64,000 nucleotides of DNA from Xanthobacteraceae bacterium (GCA_049646625.1 JBARWE010000219.1:4361-68360); one strand, 5' to 3'; shown: positions 1 to 9,720, counted from the first letter of the stretch. The notes: generated from the letters alone by a model not told the origin. Made by a program: numbers and translations.

Positions 1-1
1 C

Positions 2-1096
2 CGTCCGCCAGCGTTGATTAGCGTTGAATCGCCAATTGCTATGCAGCTAATGGCGGAAGGTTTGCTTCTTCCTGTCGATGAACTTGTGCAAAAGATCGGC
101 ACTGATCGCATTTCCGACAGCGTTAAGTGGGATTACTGGGGCAAATGGAAGGGTAAACAGTACGTTATTCCGGCGCATCACCAGCCGCACCTTCTGCTGG
201 TTCGCATGGATATCGTGAAGGAGTTCGGCCTCAAAGATCCCGATATGTGGGACTGGAATGATTTGCTCGATGCCGCCAAAACGATTTCCAGCAAGAAGCC
301 GGAAATGGCCGGGTTCTGTATGGCTCTGGGCCGCAATCTCTGTACGGACTATCATTTCGCGGCACTGCTGCATTCCGCAGGTGGCCGGATGTTTGATCAG
401 GCCAACAAGTTTGAAGTTGTGTTTGATAGTCCACAGACGGTCGAAGCGCTTACCTTCGTAAAGGAGCTTCTGCCGTATATGCCAAAAGGGGCGGCCGAAT
501 ATAGCTTCCTTCAGGTCGTTGACGCGCATGTGACCGGGAAAACTGCGATGAGTTTCTATTGGGGGCGGACGCTCGGGCGTGCTGCGGAGGAAGCAAAGCC
601 GATATTCGAGGCAACCGAGGCATTTAATCATGCTCGGCATCCAAAGACAGGTCGCCGCAGCAACTGGAACGACTTCCAGGGCTGGTGTATCCCGGCGCAG
701 AATAATCCGTTTATTGAAGAGGCCAAGCAGGCACTTGTTTATCAGCAGACAAGCAAAGATTGGCTCATCAAGTATTGCCACTCCCTCGTTCCGAATGTAG
801 GCCCGACCTACAAAGATATTGCGGACGCGCCCGAGCTGCGCAATCACCCGATCTATCAGGCGAAGAAAAGAACCGTAGATACCTATTACAAGACCTCGTT
901 GGCAAACTCGAGCAGTACTGCCAACGAACTATTGCAGGGTGTGAACCCATTTGCGGGTTATGTCCATGGTCGATCGGTTCTGGCTCAGACCGTGCAGAAA
1001 GTTGTGATTGATAATATGGCGCCGGCCGACGCCGCAAAGTGGGGCGCCAAGGAGCTTGAAGCGATTCGCCGCGAAAATATCCGCCTACTAGACTGA
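2..1096 (+). CDS. ABC transporter periplasmic solute-binding protein (family 1, sugar type), 5' end outside window
   Basis: The 360-aa ORF is open to the window edge and has no signal peptide, so the N-terminus is missing. Composition resembles family 1 SBPs. It is followed by two MalF/MalG-type permeases and a MalK-type ATPase. Confidence 0.8.
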   Translation, partial: RPPALISVESPIAMQLMAEGLLLPVDELVQKIGTDRISDSVKWDYWGKWKGKQYVIPAHHQPHLLLVRMDIVKEFGLKDPDMWDWNDLLDAAKTISSKKPEMAGFCMALGRNLCTDYHFAALLHSAGGRMFDQANKFEVVFDSPQTVEALTFVKELLPYMPKGAAEYSFLQVVDAHVTGKTAMSFYWGRTLGRAAEEAKPIFEATEAFNHARHPKTGRRSNWNDFQGWCIPAQNNPFIEEAKQALVYQQTSKDWLIKYCHSLVPNVGPTYKDIADAPELRNHPIYQAKKRTVDTYYKTSLANSSSTANELLQGVNPFAGYVHGRSVLAQTVQKVVIDNMAPADAAKWGAKELEAIRRENIRLLD

Positions 1097-1099
1097 AGT

Positions 1100-1129
1100 A
1101 ATGCTGGGCGGCCGCGGCCGCCCAGCATT
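1100..1129 (+). promoter_or_regulatory. Perfect 30-nt GC-rich palindrome (AATGCTGGGCGGCC GC GGCCGCCCAGCATT) between the SBP and permease genes; intercistronic stem-loop
   Basis: Read directly from the sequence. It starts 4 nt after the SBP stop codon and lies inside an operon, so an mRNA-stabilising or attenuating role is inferred. Confidence 0.6.
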
Positions 1130-1144
1130 CAATGGGCGAGAGCG

Positions 1145-2038
1145 ATGTTTCTGCGAAACTTTCTGTCCTCCGACCGTGTCGTCGGGATCGTGTTCATTAT
1201 GCCGTTTCTTATCACGGCTGCGGTGTTCATGGTCTACCCAATCGGCGAGGCGATCCGGCTTGCCTTCGTCAATTATAATCCGCTGCGGCCTGATGCGTCG
1301 TTCTATGTTGGGTTGGCTAATTTTCGGTATGTGTTCGATGATCCGCTGTTCTGGCAGTCGATGTGGCAGGCGACAGTCTGGACGCTACTATCGACCCTGT
1401 TTCAGACGGTGCTAGGTGTAGGGATAGCGCTACTTCTACACCAGGCGATTTTCGGTATCGCCGTTTTCCGTGGGTTGCTACTCTTTCCCTATATTGTACC
1501 GACAGTGGTAATAGCGCTGATCTGGCGCTGGATTTTTAATCCAGATATCGGCGTAGTTAACTATGGTCTCCAAGCTGCTGGGATTATCGATACGCCGATC
1601 TATTGGTTGTCGACCCCGACGATGGCGATGGCCTCGACCATCATGCTCAATGTCTGGAAGTATACCCCATTTGTTGTCATCGTCGTACTCGCGCGGCTAC
1701 AGACCGTTCCACTCGAATTGTATGATGCCGCAAAAGTGGATGGGGCAGGCGTAATTCGCCGCTTCCTTGATGTAACGCTTCCGCAGTTACGCGAAGTACT
1801 GGTCGTTGTAATCGTGTTCCGCACGATCTGGACTTTCAATAAGTTTGAAGAAATCTACCTGCTAACCAAGGGTGGGCCGGGAACATCGACCTTTAACCTT
1901 GCAATCTATTCCTTCGAACAATCCATGGCGAATCTCAAGCTCGGTGCTGGTGCCGCCACCGGCGTCGTTATGATGGTGATGTTGCTATTTGGCAGTATTA
2001 TCTATCTGCGCGTTGCTGGCTTCGAGCGGGAGGATTGA
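1145..2038 (+). CDS. ABC transporter permease (MalF/UgpA-like, BPD_transp_1)
   Basis: 297-aa polytopic hydrophobic protein with an EAA-like loop (AAKVDGAGVIRRFLDVTLP). Its position in the operon fits. Confidence 0.88.
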   Translation: MFLRNFLSSDRVVGIVFIMPFLITAAVFMVYPIGEAIRLAFVNYNPLRPDASFYVGLANFRYVFDDPLFWQSMWQATVWTLLSTLFQTVLGVGIALLLHQAIFGIAVFRGLLLFPYIVPTVVIALIWRWIFNPDIGVVNYGLQAAGIIDTPIYWLSTPTMAMASTIMLNVWKYTPFVVIVVLARLQTVPLELYDAAKVDGAGVIRRFLDVTLPQLREVLVVVIVFRTIWTFNKFEEIYLLTKGGPGTSTFNLAIYSFEQSMANLKLGAGAATGVVMMVMLLFGSIIYLRVAGFERED

Positions 2039-2042
2039 GGGT

Positions 2043-2939
2043 ATGAACGGGATTCCCTTCCAGGCGGCCAAACGCGCCGCGCTTTACTTGATACTCACGC
2101 TTATTACCTTCGTTGTTTGTTTCCCCCTCGTTTGGGCTCTTTCGACGTCACTAAAATCAAAATCAGAAATTTTCGCTACGCCGCCAACGCTAATTCCACA
2201 TACGGCGACTCTGGAAAACTACGAGGCGCTGCTCACCGGTCGCCAGCAATACTATCAAGCCGATCCCGGCGCTGCGGTGAGCAATCCATCGCCTGCGACA
2301 TTTTTTACTCGCTGGTTTCTGAACAGTATGATCGTAACCATAGGATCAACGCTTATTAGCATAGCGGTCTCGACGCTCGCCGCATATAGTCTTACGCGCT
2401 TCCGCTATTGGGGTAGGAACTTTATTCCGTACTTCAGCCTGCTTGGCTACATGGTCCCTTCGATCATTTTTGTCTTTCCTCTATTTCTGATGATGGTGCG
2501 TCTTGATCTAACCGATAGTCTGTGGAGTCTAATTTTTGGCTATGTATGTATCACTTTACCATTCTGCATGTGGTTGATGTGGGCCTTTATGCGCTCCATC
2601 CCACTCGAGATCGAGGAAGCTGCACTTATTGATGGTGCTTCCCGCTATCAGGTGTTCGCCAGCGTTGTTCTGCCAACGGCGCTTCCTGGAATTATCGCCG
2701 CGTCCATTTTCTCAATGATTGTTTCTTGGAATGACTATCTGTTTGGGCGCGTTTTTATAAATTCGCTTGATAACCTGACGCTGACTGTCGGTGTAATGCT
2801 TTTCTTTGAGGGGACGCATGTTGATTGGGGTCTATTGATGGCAGCGTCCGTACTGATGACGCTTCCGATGGCGATCTTATTCATGACGTTACAGCGCTAT
2901 CTCGTAGCCGGTTTTGGTGCTGGTGCTGTGAAAGGCTGA
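2043..2939 (+). CDS. ABC transporter permease (MalG/UgpE-like)
   Basis: ATG at 2043 is preceded by GGGAGGA and lies 5 nt after the upstream stop. EAA loop: EEAALIDGASRYQVFASVVLP. Confidence 0.88.
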   Translation: MNGIPFQAAKRAALYLILTLITFVVCFPLVWALSTSLKSKSEIFATPPTLIPHTATLENYEALLTGRQQYYQADPGAAVSNPSPATFFTRWFLNSMIVTIGSTLISIAVSTLAAYSLTRFRYWGRNFIPYFSLLGYMVPSIIFVFPLFLMMVRLDLTDSLWSLIFGYVCITLPFCMWLMWAFMRSIPLEIEEAALIDGASRYQVFASVVLPTALPGIIAASIFSMIVSWNDYLFGRVFINSLDNLTLTVGVMLFFEGTHVDWGLLMAASVLMTLPMAILFMTLQRYLVAGFGAGAVKG

Positions 2940-2946
2940 GCGGAAA

Positions 2947-4008
2947 ATGGAAGTCAGACTCGATCGTATCAACAAAAAATTCGGCACGGTTCATGTTCTG
3001 AAGGACATTGATCTCGTGTTTCCTGATCGGCAATTTATCACCCTGCTTGGGCCGTCAGGCTGTGGTAAGACCACTCTGCTTCGAATGATTGCCGGCTTGG
3101 AAGAGATAACCGACGGGCAGATACGGTTTGGCGACCTTGATGTAACAAGGCTCGCGCCTCGCGATCGCAATATCGCGATGGTCTTTCAGTCTTATGCGCT
3201 TTATCCGCAGATGACGGTTCGTAAGAATCTGGGTTATGGGTTGCGCGTGCGCAAGACACCGAAGACCGAAATCGATGTGGCCGTGGGGCGCGTCGCAAAA
3301 ATTCTAGAGATTGATCATTTGCTTGATCGTAAGCCCGGTCAACTTTCCGGTGGCCAGCGTCAGCGTGTTGCCCTTGGGCGAGCCATGGTTCGTAAGCCGG
3401 ATATTTTTTTGATGGACGAGCCGCTCTCCAATCTCGATGCCAAACTTCGTGTTATAATGCGTGGAGAGCTGCGAAAATTTCACCTCGATCTGAACGTGAC
3501 AACGATTTATGTGACGCACGATCAGCTCGAAGCAATGACGATGTCCGACTATATTGCTGTAATGCATCAGGGTGTATTGCAGCAATTTGGCACGCCGGCG
3601 GAAATCTACAACAGTCCAGCGAATATATTCGTGGCGAGTTTCATTGGTAGCCCGCCGATGAATTTCTTATCCTGTTTGATCGAAGATGGTAGGGCGGTGG
3701 CGGATGGTAGCGCCCTGGAATTAACCCCTCTTCCTGCGGTGCCGACAGTCAGTAAATTTCAACTTGGAGTTAGGCCGCAGGATATCTTGATAACTAATCA
3801 GAGCGGCGGAGATCTGCATGGCGCTGTGTCATTAGTTGAATTGCTCGGATCAGAGAAATTAGTTGAGGTTAAACTGGACTCTGGGAAGCTGCTGACCGTG
3901 CAAGTCAGTGCTGATCATATCGTAGAGATCGGTCAATCCGTGCATCTCCGGTTAAGATCGGAGAAAGTTCATATGTTCGATGAGGTTACGGGAAAAGCTA
4001 TCGTGTAG
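2947..4008 (+). CDS. ABC transporter ATP-binding protein (MalK/UgpC-like)
   Basis: Walker A GPSGCGKTT, signature LSGGQRQR and Walker B FLMDEPLSNLD, plus a C-terminal TOBE-like regulatory domain. Confidence 0.93.
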   Translation: MEVRLDRINKKFGTVHVLKDIDLVFPDRQFITLLGPSGCGKTTLLRMIAGLEEITDGQIRFGDLDVTRLAPRDRNIAMVFQSYALYPQMTVRKNLGYGLRVRKTPKTEIDVAVGRVAKILEIDHLLDRKPGQLSGGQRQRVALGRAMVRKPDIFLMDEPLSNLDAKLRVIMRGELRKFHLDLNVTTIYVTHDQLEAMTMSDYIAVMHQGVLQQFGTPAEIYNSPANIFVASFIGSPPMNFLSCLIEDGRAVADGSALELTPLPAVPTVSKFQLGVRPQDILITNQSGGDLHGAVSLVELLGSEKLVEVKLDSGKLLTVQVSADHIVEIGQSVHLRLRSEKVHMFDEVTGKAIV

Positions 4009-4063
4009 AGTAAAAGCTTGCGAGCCGCGCTAGCGCTTAAACTCGCCGCGGCGCAGCACCACC

Positions 4064-4327
4064 TCATTGACGCGGTAGCTCGCGAGAGATGGTTGCGCGA
4101 CTTGCGTACAGGAGTCTTGCAGCGTACGTCTTGTCGGCGCTGGCTACATTGATAGCATGCGCAGTTTTCTTTTTTCGTTCACGCTTCAGATAGCGTTCTA
4201 GATCTAAATCTCCGCCCGCTTGACACTGTCTGCCACTTCGATTGGCGTCTCGAACTTTATGTCGCCGATGATCTACCGCTAAGATTTCACCCAGCGGAAA
4301 TTGGAGCCTCGGCTGTTTCTGTTGCAC
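4064..4327 (-). pseudogene. Fis-type HTH fragment, probably the C-terminal remnant of an NtrC-family regulator or a small Fis-like protein
   Basis: The 87-aa ORF ends ...LERYLKRERKKKTAHAINVASADKTYAARLLYASRATISREL. This resembles the HTH_8 pattern (GNKT.AA.LLGISR.TL.RKL). No AAA+ domain lies upstream. Confidence 0.3.
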
Positions 4328-4440
4328 CGTAGGGCGCGGGTTGAGTAACGTTGCCCCCAGATTTTATCCAATCTTAAGTTCGCTCCGGCAGTTGGGTTTA
4401 CCCGATCAGTCGGTGGAGGCGACGGGGCTGGCACGGAGCC

Positions 4441-4773
4441 TTAGGCAGAGCGCAGCGCCAGATCCCGGCGCGGGTGGAAGGTCAGGGCGAACTCGGCAGG
4501 TGTCTCCATCCGAGCTGCGGGTGCGGTCGGGATCCGTTGTGCTCGGCCTGCCAGCAGCCCAGGGCGACGCGGGCCTGCGCCAACGAGGTGAACAGCGTCT
4601 CGTTCAACAACTCATCCCGCAAGCAGCCGTTGAAGCTTTCGATGAAGGCATCCTGTATCGGCTTGCCCGGCGCGATGTAGTGCTGTTCGACACGGGTCGG
4701 CGACCGAAACGTCGGCCTCGTGTTCCTTCAAAATTTCGATGATCTGTTTTCCCGGAAAGCGACTGCGCTTCAT
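4441..4773 (-). mobile_element. Collapsed IS3-family (IS407-like) transposase remnant: orfA N-terminus joined to the orfB C-terminus
   Basis: The minus strand reads [29 protein letters not shown] (orfA HTH start). It then reads [57 protein letters not shown] (end of the rve core). After a frameshift it ends [20 protein letters not shown]. Most of the element is deleted. Confidence 0.75.
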
Positions 4774-5030
4774 CCTCTGGTCCTCGTCGTGGGCCAGAGC
4801 GAACTTCAATCCGGATTAAGCCTGAGAGGCAACGTCAACAGGCTTGGCGTTGCAATCACCGATGGCGTCGACAAGGAGGCGATCTGACCTGCGATTGAAG
4901 GTCGAACGCAGAATGTAGAATTTCTGCGGCCTGCGCCACTGGTGGACCAGAGTCTTTACCTCTAGGATTTATGGTCCACGAAGCTCGCAGCAACCGCCAA
5001 GTCAGTCGGCCGCCACAACATCCTAGCCTC

Positions 5031-5702
5031 TTAAAAAGTATGATCTCTGAAGGCCGCATCGCGAGGTTTCGATGCGAAGGCAGCCAGGCGCGGATAATTC
5101 TCGACGAGCGATCTCAGGATATCGTCCATAGGAGGCTCAACAAAGGAACCCCTGTCGCGCAGATACTCCATGTGAAGCCGATCGTTCATGTCGTATTCGT
5201 GAAAGAGTGCGTCGTTCTCGCCGTCGAAGACGAGCGGACGCACGCCGAAACGCTCGCACAGCGATTGATTGAAGGCGGGGGTGACCTTGATCCAGCGCTC
5301 ATCCAGATAAAGCGCGGTATACCCGTGATAAAAAAAGACGTCCGACCCCATCAGATCGAGAAGCTTTGGCGAGGAGAGATGGTTCTTCACGTCGGCAAAA
5401 CCGACCGCCGCGGGAATGCCGGCAGCGCGTGCGATGGCCGTCAGCAGGATGGCCTTCTGGACGCAGTAAGCCGATTTGCGGCGGCTCACCGCGGATGCCA
5501 CATAGTCCTCGGGATCGAGGCTGACGCTGTAGGGGTCATACGAGATGCCGTCGCGGACAGCCTCGAAGATCCGGATCGCCTTGTCCCGCTGCGTGTCGGC
5601 ACCGCGCGTCGCCTTGGCGGCGAAAGCGATGATGTCGGGTGCGCCCGAGTCAATATAGCGGCCTGAATCGAGATACCTGGACGGCATAATTCCCGCTCTC
5701 AA
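5031..5702 (-). CDS. Transglutaminase-like cysteine protease family protein
   Basis: 223 aa. The core reads RRKSAYCVQKAILLTAIARAAGIPAAVGFADVKNH ... FFYHGYTALYLDERWIKVTPAFN, which is a typical transglutaminase-core Cys/His/Asp context. Confidence 0.75.
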   Translation of the reverse strand: MRAGIMPSRYLDSGRYIDSGAPDIIAFAAKATRGADTQRDKAIRIFEAVRDGISYDPYSVSLDPEDYVASAVSRRKSAYCVQKAILLTAIARAAGIPAAVGFADVKNHLSSPKLLDLMGSDVFFYHGYTALYLDERWIKVTPAFNQSLCERFGVRPLVFDGENDALFHEYDMNDRLHMEYLRDRGSFVEPPMDDILRSLVENYPRLAAFASKPRDAAFRDHTF

Positions 5703-5823
5703 AAAGATTCATACTGTTCAGTATCTATTCTAGGTGAAGCGCGAGCGTTGTCAAACCTGCGCGGCCGCAGTCAGGCCGCGCAAACAACGAAGACCGTTTG
5801 CTGTTGCGTCTGTCGGCTCGCGC

Positions 5824-6501
5824 TCAGCCCGCCGGCTTGCTCTTCGCGCTGCCGGCAGATGCCGAGCTTGCGGGGGCGGGGGTCATGCCGCTCAGCAGAA
5901 ACCTGCGGGCCGCCGCGACGTAGAGCGATCCGTCGAGTTCGTTCCGGCGGCGCGCCCATTCGAGCAGCATGCCATCGGACATCGCGACCAGCACGCTGGC
6001 CATTTCCCGCGTCGGCGCATGGTTGGCGAATGCGCCGATCGCCTTTCCGTCGTCGATCAGCTGCTCCATGGATTGCGCGAAGTCGTCGTACATCGCGCGC
6101 AGTTTTTTCTCCACCGGGCTGCGAGTCCCCCAGAATTCGGGGGCGATGATGATCGGCAGCAGCAGGGCGTTGCGCTGGGTTTGGCCCCATCGCGACAACT
6201 TGTGAACGAACTGAACCAGGCGTTCGCGTGGCGGAACGGAGCTGTCTTTCAGCGTCTCGAAGACCGGCTTGTAGATCAGCGTCTCGACCCGCTCGATCAG
6301 CTTGAGCAGAATGGTCGTCTTGTCGGAGAAATAGAAGTAGACGGCGCCCTTCGTCAGGTTCGCCCGCTCGGCGATCTGATCGATGGTCGTCGTATGGAAT
6401 CGTTGCGTTACGAACAGGTGCTCGGCGGCGCCCAGAATGGCGTTCAGGCTTATCGAGCGCCGCTCGACATTGGACACGCGCTTGTGCTTCTTTTTCTTCA
6501 T
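5824..6501 (-). CDS. TetR/AcrR family transcriptional regulator
   Basis: N-terminal HTH: LNAILGAAEHLFVTQRFHTTTIDQIAERANLTKGAVYFYFSDK. It is divergent from the acyl-CoA ligase gene. Confidence 0.92.
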   Translation of the reverse strand: MKKKKHKRVSNVERRSISLNAILGAAEHLFVTQRFHTTTIDQIAERANLTKGAVYFYFSDKTTILLKLIERVETLIYKPVFETLKDSSVPPRERLVQFVHKLSRWGQTQRNALLLPIIIAPEFWGTRSPVEKKLRAMYDDFAQSMEQLIDDGKAIGAFANHAPTREMASVLVAMSDGMLLEWARRRNELDGSLYVAAARRFLLSGMTPAPASSASAGSAKSKPAG

Positions 6502-6771
6502 GGGGAATAGCGAGCTTCAGGCGGGGTTGATAGGGTCGTTGGCAGGTGAAATCGCGCGGATATTAGTCCGCCCGCTCGAGGTCGAGCCAGTGTGCAATGC
6601 CGTGGCCATCCAAAGTACCCCCTGGTTCATTCGCTCTTGCGGCTTGCCGGCGTTCTGCGAGCCGTGCCGGTTTCGGTCGATACCGGCCCCTGCCGTGGGG
6701 TGCTTGATAGCTGGCAGAACCCCTTGCGGCTACCCTATCCTCCGAAATAGCCGAGTGAAAGCTGGAGACGC

Positions 6772-6784
6772 TTGATCTTATCAA
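6772..6784. promoter_or_regulatory. Inverted repeat TTGAT-CTT-ATCAA, candidate TetR operator
   Basis: Seen in the TetR/ligase intergenic region, 44 nt upstream of the ligase GTG. It is short, so the significance is modest. Confidence 0.3.
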
Positions 6785-6827
6785 AAACCGGCTGTACAGT
6801 TTGTGAATAACGGGAGGACGAGGGAGC

Positions 6828-8489
6828 GTGGCCACGGTGACCGAAGCGGAGTTGAGAACCGAGCGCCGGCTCGGTGGCTTTGATTTCATTCTTGCCAGAG
6901 GTGCCGAGACGCACCCCGATCTGATTGCCATCGACGACCGCCTCAACGGAAGGCTTCTGACCTATCAGGAGCTTCGCTCCCGATCGATTAAAATGGCCCG
7001 GGCCTTGCAGCGGCTCGGCGTGGTGAAAGGCGACAGGGTCGCTTACGTCTTTTTCAACGAGCACCCCTCGATCGAGGTGCTGTTCGCCTGCGTCATGCTG
7101 GGCGCGATCGCCGTCCCGCTGAATACCCGCCTGCTCGCCGACGAGGCGTGTCAGTATGTCGACAAGCAGGAATGCAGGGTGTTTATCGCGCGCAGCGAGC
7201 TGAGCCGCCTGGCCGAAAACAGCGCCGTCAAACACTTCATCGTCCGCGGGGACAGCGCCTCGTCGCGCGCTGCGCTCGACTACGAGGCGTTGCTGGCGGC
7301 AGAAACGGACGTGCCGCTGCCGCCTCAGGCGGCGTGGGAAGACCGCTACATGCTGGCGATGACCGGCGGCACCACCGGCGGCTCCAAGGCCGTCTCGTGG
7401 ACGCATGGCGGCGCCATGTTTGATGTCCTGTCGGTGATCGCGCTGCTTGGTGTGAAGCGGGGTTATGGCACGATCTGTGTCGCGCCGACCTACCATGCGG
7501 CCGGCCTCGGATGGGGATTCCTGCCGTCGTTCTGGCAGGGCGGGCGGGTGATTTTCTCGCCGAGCACATCGTTCTCGCCGGCCTTCCTGCACAAGACGTT
7601 CGCGGAGCAACCGGTGCCGTTTCTATTCCTCGTGCCGGCGATGATCGATCCGCTGCACCGGGCCTGGAACGGCAAGCCGGTTTCGTGCGTGAAGTCGGTT
7701 TGCGTGGCTTCGGCGCCGACGCCGGAGCCGCTGCGCCGGAAGCTCGTCGAGATGTTTCCCGAGGCGGAGGTGATCGCCGCCTATGGAATGACCGAATCGT
7801 TCTCGGTGTGCGTGCAGCGGCCCGACGAGTTTCTGGCCTTCCCCGGCGGGGTCGGTGCGCCGGCGCTGGATTCGCGCGTGCGGATTGTCGATGACAGCGG
7901 TGCGGTCGTGCCGCGCGGCACTGTCGGCAATATCGTCACGAGAACGCTGGCCATGGGCGTCGGCTATAACGGCGATCCGGCAAGCACGGCCGTTACCTTC
8001 AGGAAATGCGGTGACGATCCCGAAGGTCTCGATTGGATTTTTACCGGCGATATCGGTTCGATGGACGAGAGCGGCCGGCTGACCATCGTCGATCGCTCGA
8101 AGGACGTCATCATCACCGGCGGGGAAAACGTCCATTCCGTCGAGATCGAAACGATTTTGGCATCGCATCCCGGTGTGCGCGAGTGCGCCGTGGTCGGCTT
8201 GCCGGATACGCAGTGGGGCGAACTGGTCACGGCGATCGTCGTGAAGAACGGCGCTGTCGCAACCGACGGCGATCTCGCCTCGGAGCTTCACAGTTTATGC
8301 CGCGCGCGCCTGAGCGGCTACAAGGTTCCGAAGCGGTTCTGCTTCATGGATGAATTGCCGCGCAGCTCGTTTGGAAAGGTCCTCAAGCGCGACTTGAGGG
8401 GCATGACTTACGATCGCGCGATCGACAGCCGGACGCTTGGAGCCGGTGCGACCCGTCCGGTATTTCGGATTGAGAAGGCTTCTGCTTGA
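6828..8489 (+). CDS. AMP-dependent acyl-CoA synthetase/ligase
   Basis: 553 aa. Motifs MTGGTTGGSK, YGMTE and TGDIGSMDESGRLTIVDRSKD, with a C-terminal SSFGKVLKR. The GTG start is preceded by GGGAGGA. Confidence 0.9.
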   Translation: MATVTEAELRTERRLGGFDFILARGAETHPDLIAIDDRLNGRLLTYQELRSRSIKMARALQRLGVVKGDRVAYVFFNEHPSIEVLFACVMLGAIAVPLNTRLLADEACQYVDKQECRVFIARSELSRLAENSAVKHFIVRGDSASSRAALDYEALLAAETDVPLPPQAAWEDRYMLAMTGGTTGGSKAVSWTHGGAMFDVLSVIALLGVKRGYGTICVAPTYHAAGLGWGFLPSFWQGGRVIFSPSTSFSPAFLHKTFAEQPVPFLFLVPAMIDPLHRAWNGKPVSCVKSVCVASAPTPEPLRRKLVEMFPEAEVIAAYGMTESFSVCVQRPDEFLAFPGGVGAPALDSRVRIVDDSGAVVPRGTVGNIVTRTLAMGVGYNGDPASTAVTFRKCGDDPEGLDWIFTGDIGSMDESGRLTIVDRSKDVIITGGENVHSVEIETILASHPGVRECAVVGLPDTQWGELVTAIVVKNGAVATDGDLASELHSLCRARLSGYKVPKRFCFMDELPRSSFGKVLKRDLRGMTYDRAIDSRTLGAGATRPVFRIEKASA

Positions 8490-8514
8490 AGCCGTGGCGT
8501 TAGGGGGAGGGACT

Positions 8515-9720
8515 ATGAGGATTGTTAACTGGCTGACCGTTGCAAAAGGAACGGCGGCCGTGTGCGCGCTGTTCGGCGCGATGCATTCGTTTACGGCATC
8601 GGCGGCCGAGCCTATCAAGATCGGGCTGCTTTTGCCGTATACGGGCGTCTTCGCTTCGATCTCGGAGGATATGACCCGCGGCTTCATGCTTGCCGTCGAT
8701 GAACTGGGCGGGCAGGTCGCTGGTCGTCCGATCGCGGTCATCAAGGGCGATACCGAACTCAAGCCCAACGTCGCGTTGCAACAGCTTGACAAGATATTGG
8801 GTTCGGACAAGGTCGATATCGTTGTCGGCGGAGCAAGCTCCAGCGAGGCGTTCGCGTTGCGCGATGCGCTTGTCAAGCGCAAGAAGCCGCTGGTCAACAT
8901 CCTGGCGGCCAGCGACAGTTTGACGCGCGAGCTTTGCAATCCCTATCTCGTGCGCACCTCCTTTAGCGCGACCGCGTTTGAATCGGCGATGGGACGGTGG
9001 CTCGCCAGTCAGGGCGTCAAGAAGGCGTTCACGATGGCCCCGGACTATTCGGCGGGGCACGAGGTCATCGGCAGCTTCCAGAAAGGATTTGAGGAAGGCG
9101 GAGGAAAGATTGTCGGACAGGCATGGCCTGCGTTCCGCACCACGAAAGACTACGCGCCGTTCTTTGCCAAGGCCAAGGAAAGCGGGGCCGATTTCATCTA
9201 TGCCTTCTTCGGCGGCGCCGAGGCGATTCAGGTTGTGAAGCAGCACGCCGATTTCGGTCTCAAAAAGACGATGCCGCTCTACGGATCGAGCTGGGTCTAC
9301 GATGTCCCGCTGCTGCCTGCGCAGGGTGATGCCGCCCTCGGTGCGAAATTCCTGACGCTTTATCTGCCCGACCTGCCGGGCAAGGTGAACGAGGAGTTCG
9401 TGAAACGCTACACCGCCAAATACGGCGCGCGGCCTTCGACTCCGGCGGTATTCGGTTACGATGCGGCGAAGTCAACCATGCTGGGCCTGCAGAAGCTCAA
9501 AGGCGACGTCTCGAAGCCCGAGAAGGTCGCGCCAGCCATCGCCTCCGCCAGCTATGAAAGCCCGCGCGGGCTGTTCAAGATCGATCCCAAAACGCAGAAC
9601 GTCATCAACGAGCGTCTGTATGTCGCGGAGGTCTCGCGCAACGGCAATGCCCTCGAGCACAAGCTGGTCGAGGCCGTGAAGGGGTTCCCGGATTCCGGTG
9701 AAGGCTGCAAGATGAACTAG
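8515..9720 (+). CDS. Branched-chain-amino-acid-type (LivK/Peripla_BP_6) ABC substrate-binding protein
   Basis: ATG at 8515 follows GGGGGAGG. Signal peptide ...CALFGAMHSFTASAAEP, then the typical IKIGLLLPYTGVFA start of the mature protein. Confidence 0.88.
   Translation: MRIVNWLTVAKGTAAVCALFGAMHSFTASAAEPIKIGLLLPYTGVFASISEDMTRGFMLAVDELGGQVAGRPIAVIKGDTELKPNVALQQLDKILGSDKVDIVVGGASSSEAFALRDALVKRKKPLVNILAASDSLTRELCNPYLVRTSFSATAFESAMGRWLASQGVKKAFTMAPDYSAGHEVIGSFQKGFEEGGGKIVGQAWPAFRTTKDYAPFFAKAKESGADFIYAFFGGAEAIQVVKQHADFGLKKTMPLYGSSWVYDVPLLPAQGDAALGAKFLTLYLPDLPGKVNEEFVKRYTAKYGARPSTPAVFGYDAAKSTMLGLQKLKGDVSKPEKVAPAIASASYESPRGLFKIDPKTQNVINERLYVAEVSRNGNALEHKLVEAVKGFPDSGEGCKMN

Noticed and set aside
4886-4930. 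TGACCTGCGATTGAAGG..., reminiscent of IS407-group terminal inverted repeats (TGACCTGC...)
   Set aside because: Its orientation and position do not fit the minus-strand IS3 remnant at 4441-4773. No partner repeat was found. I cannot verify IR identity without a database.
5734-6510. 258-aa plus-strand ORF over the TetR gene
   Set aside because: It is antisense to a TetR gene with a clear HTH. The translation is Arg/Ala-rich with no domain.
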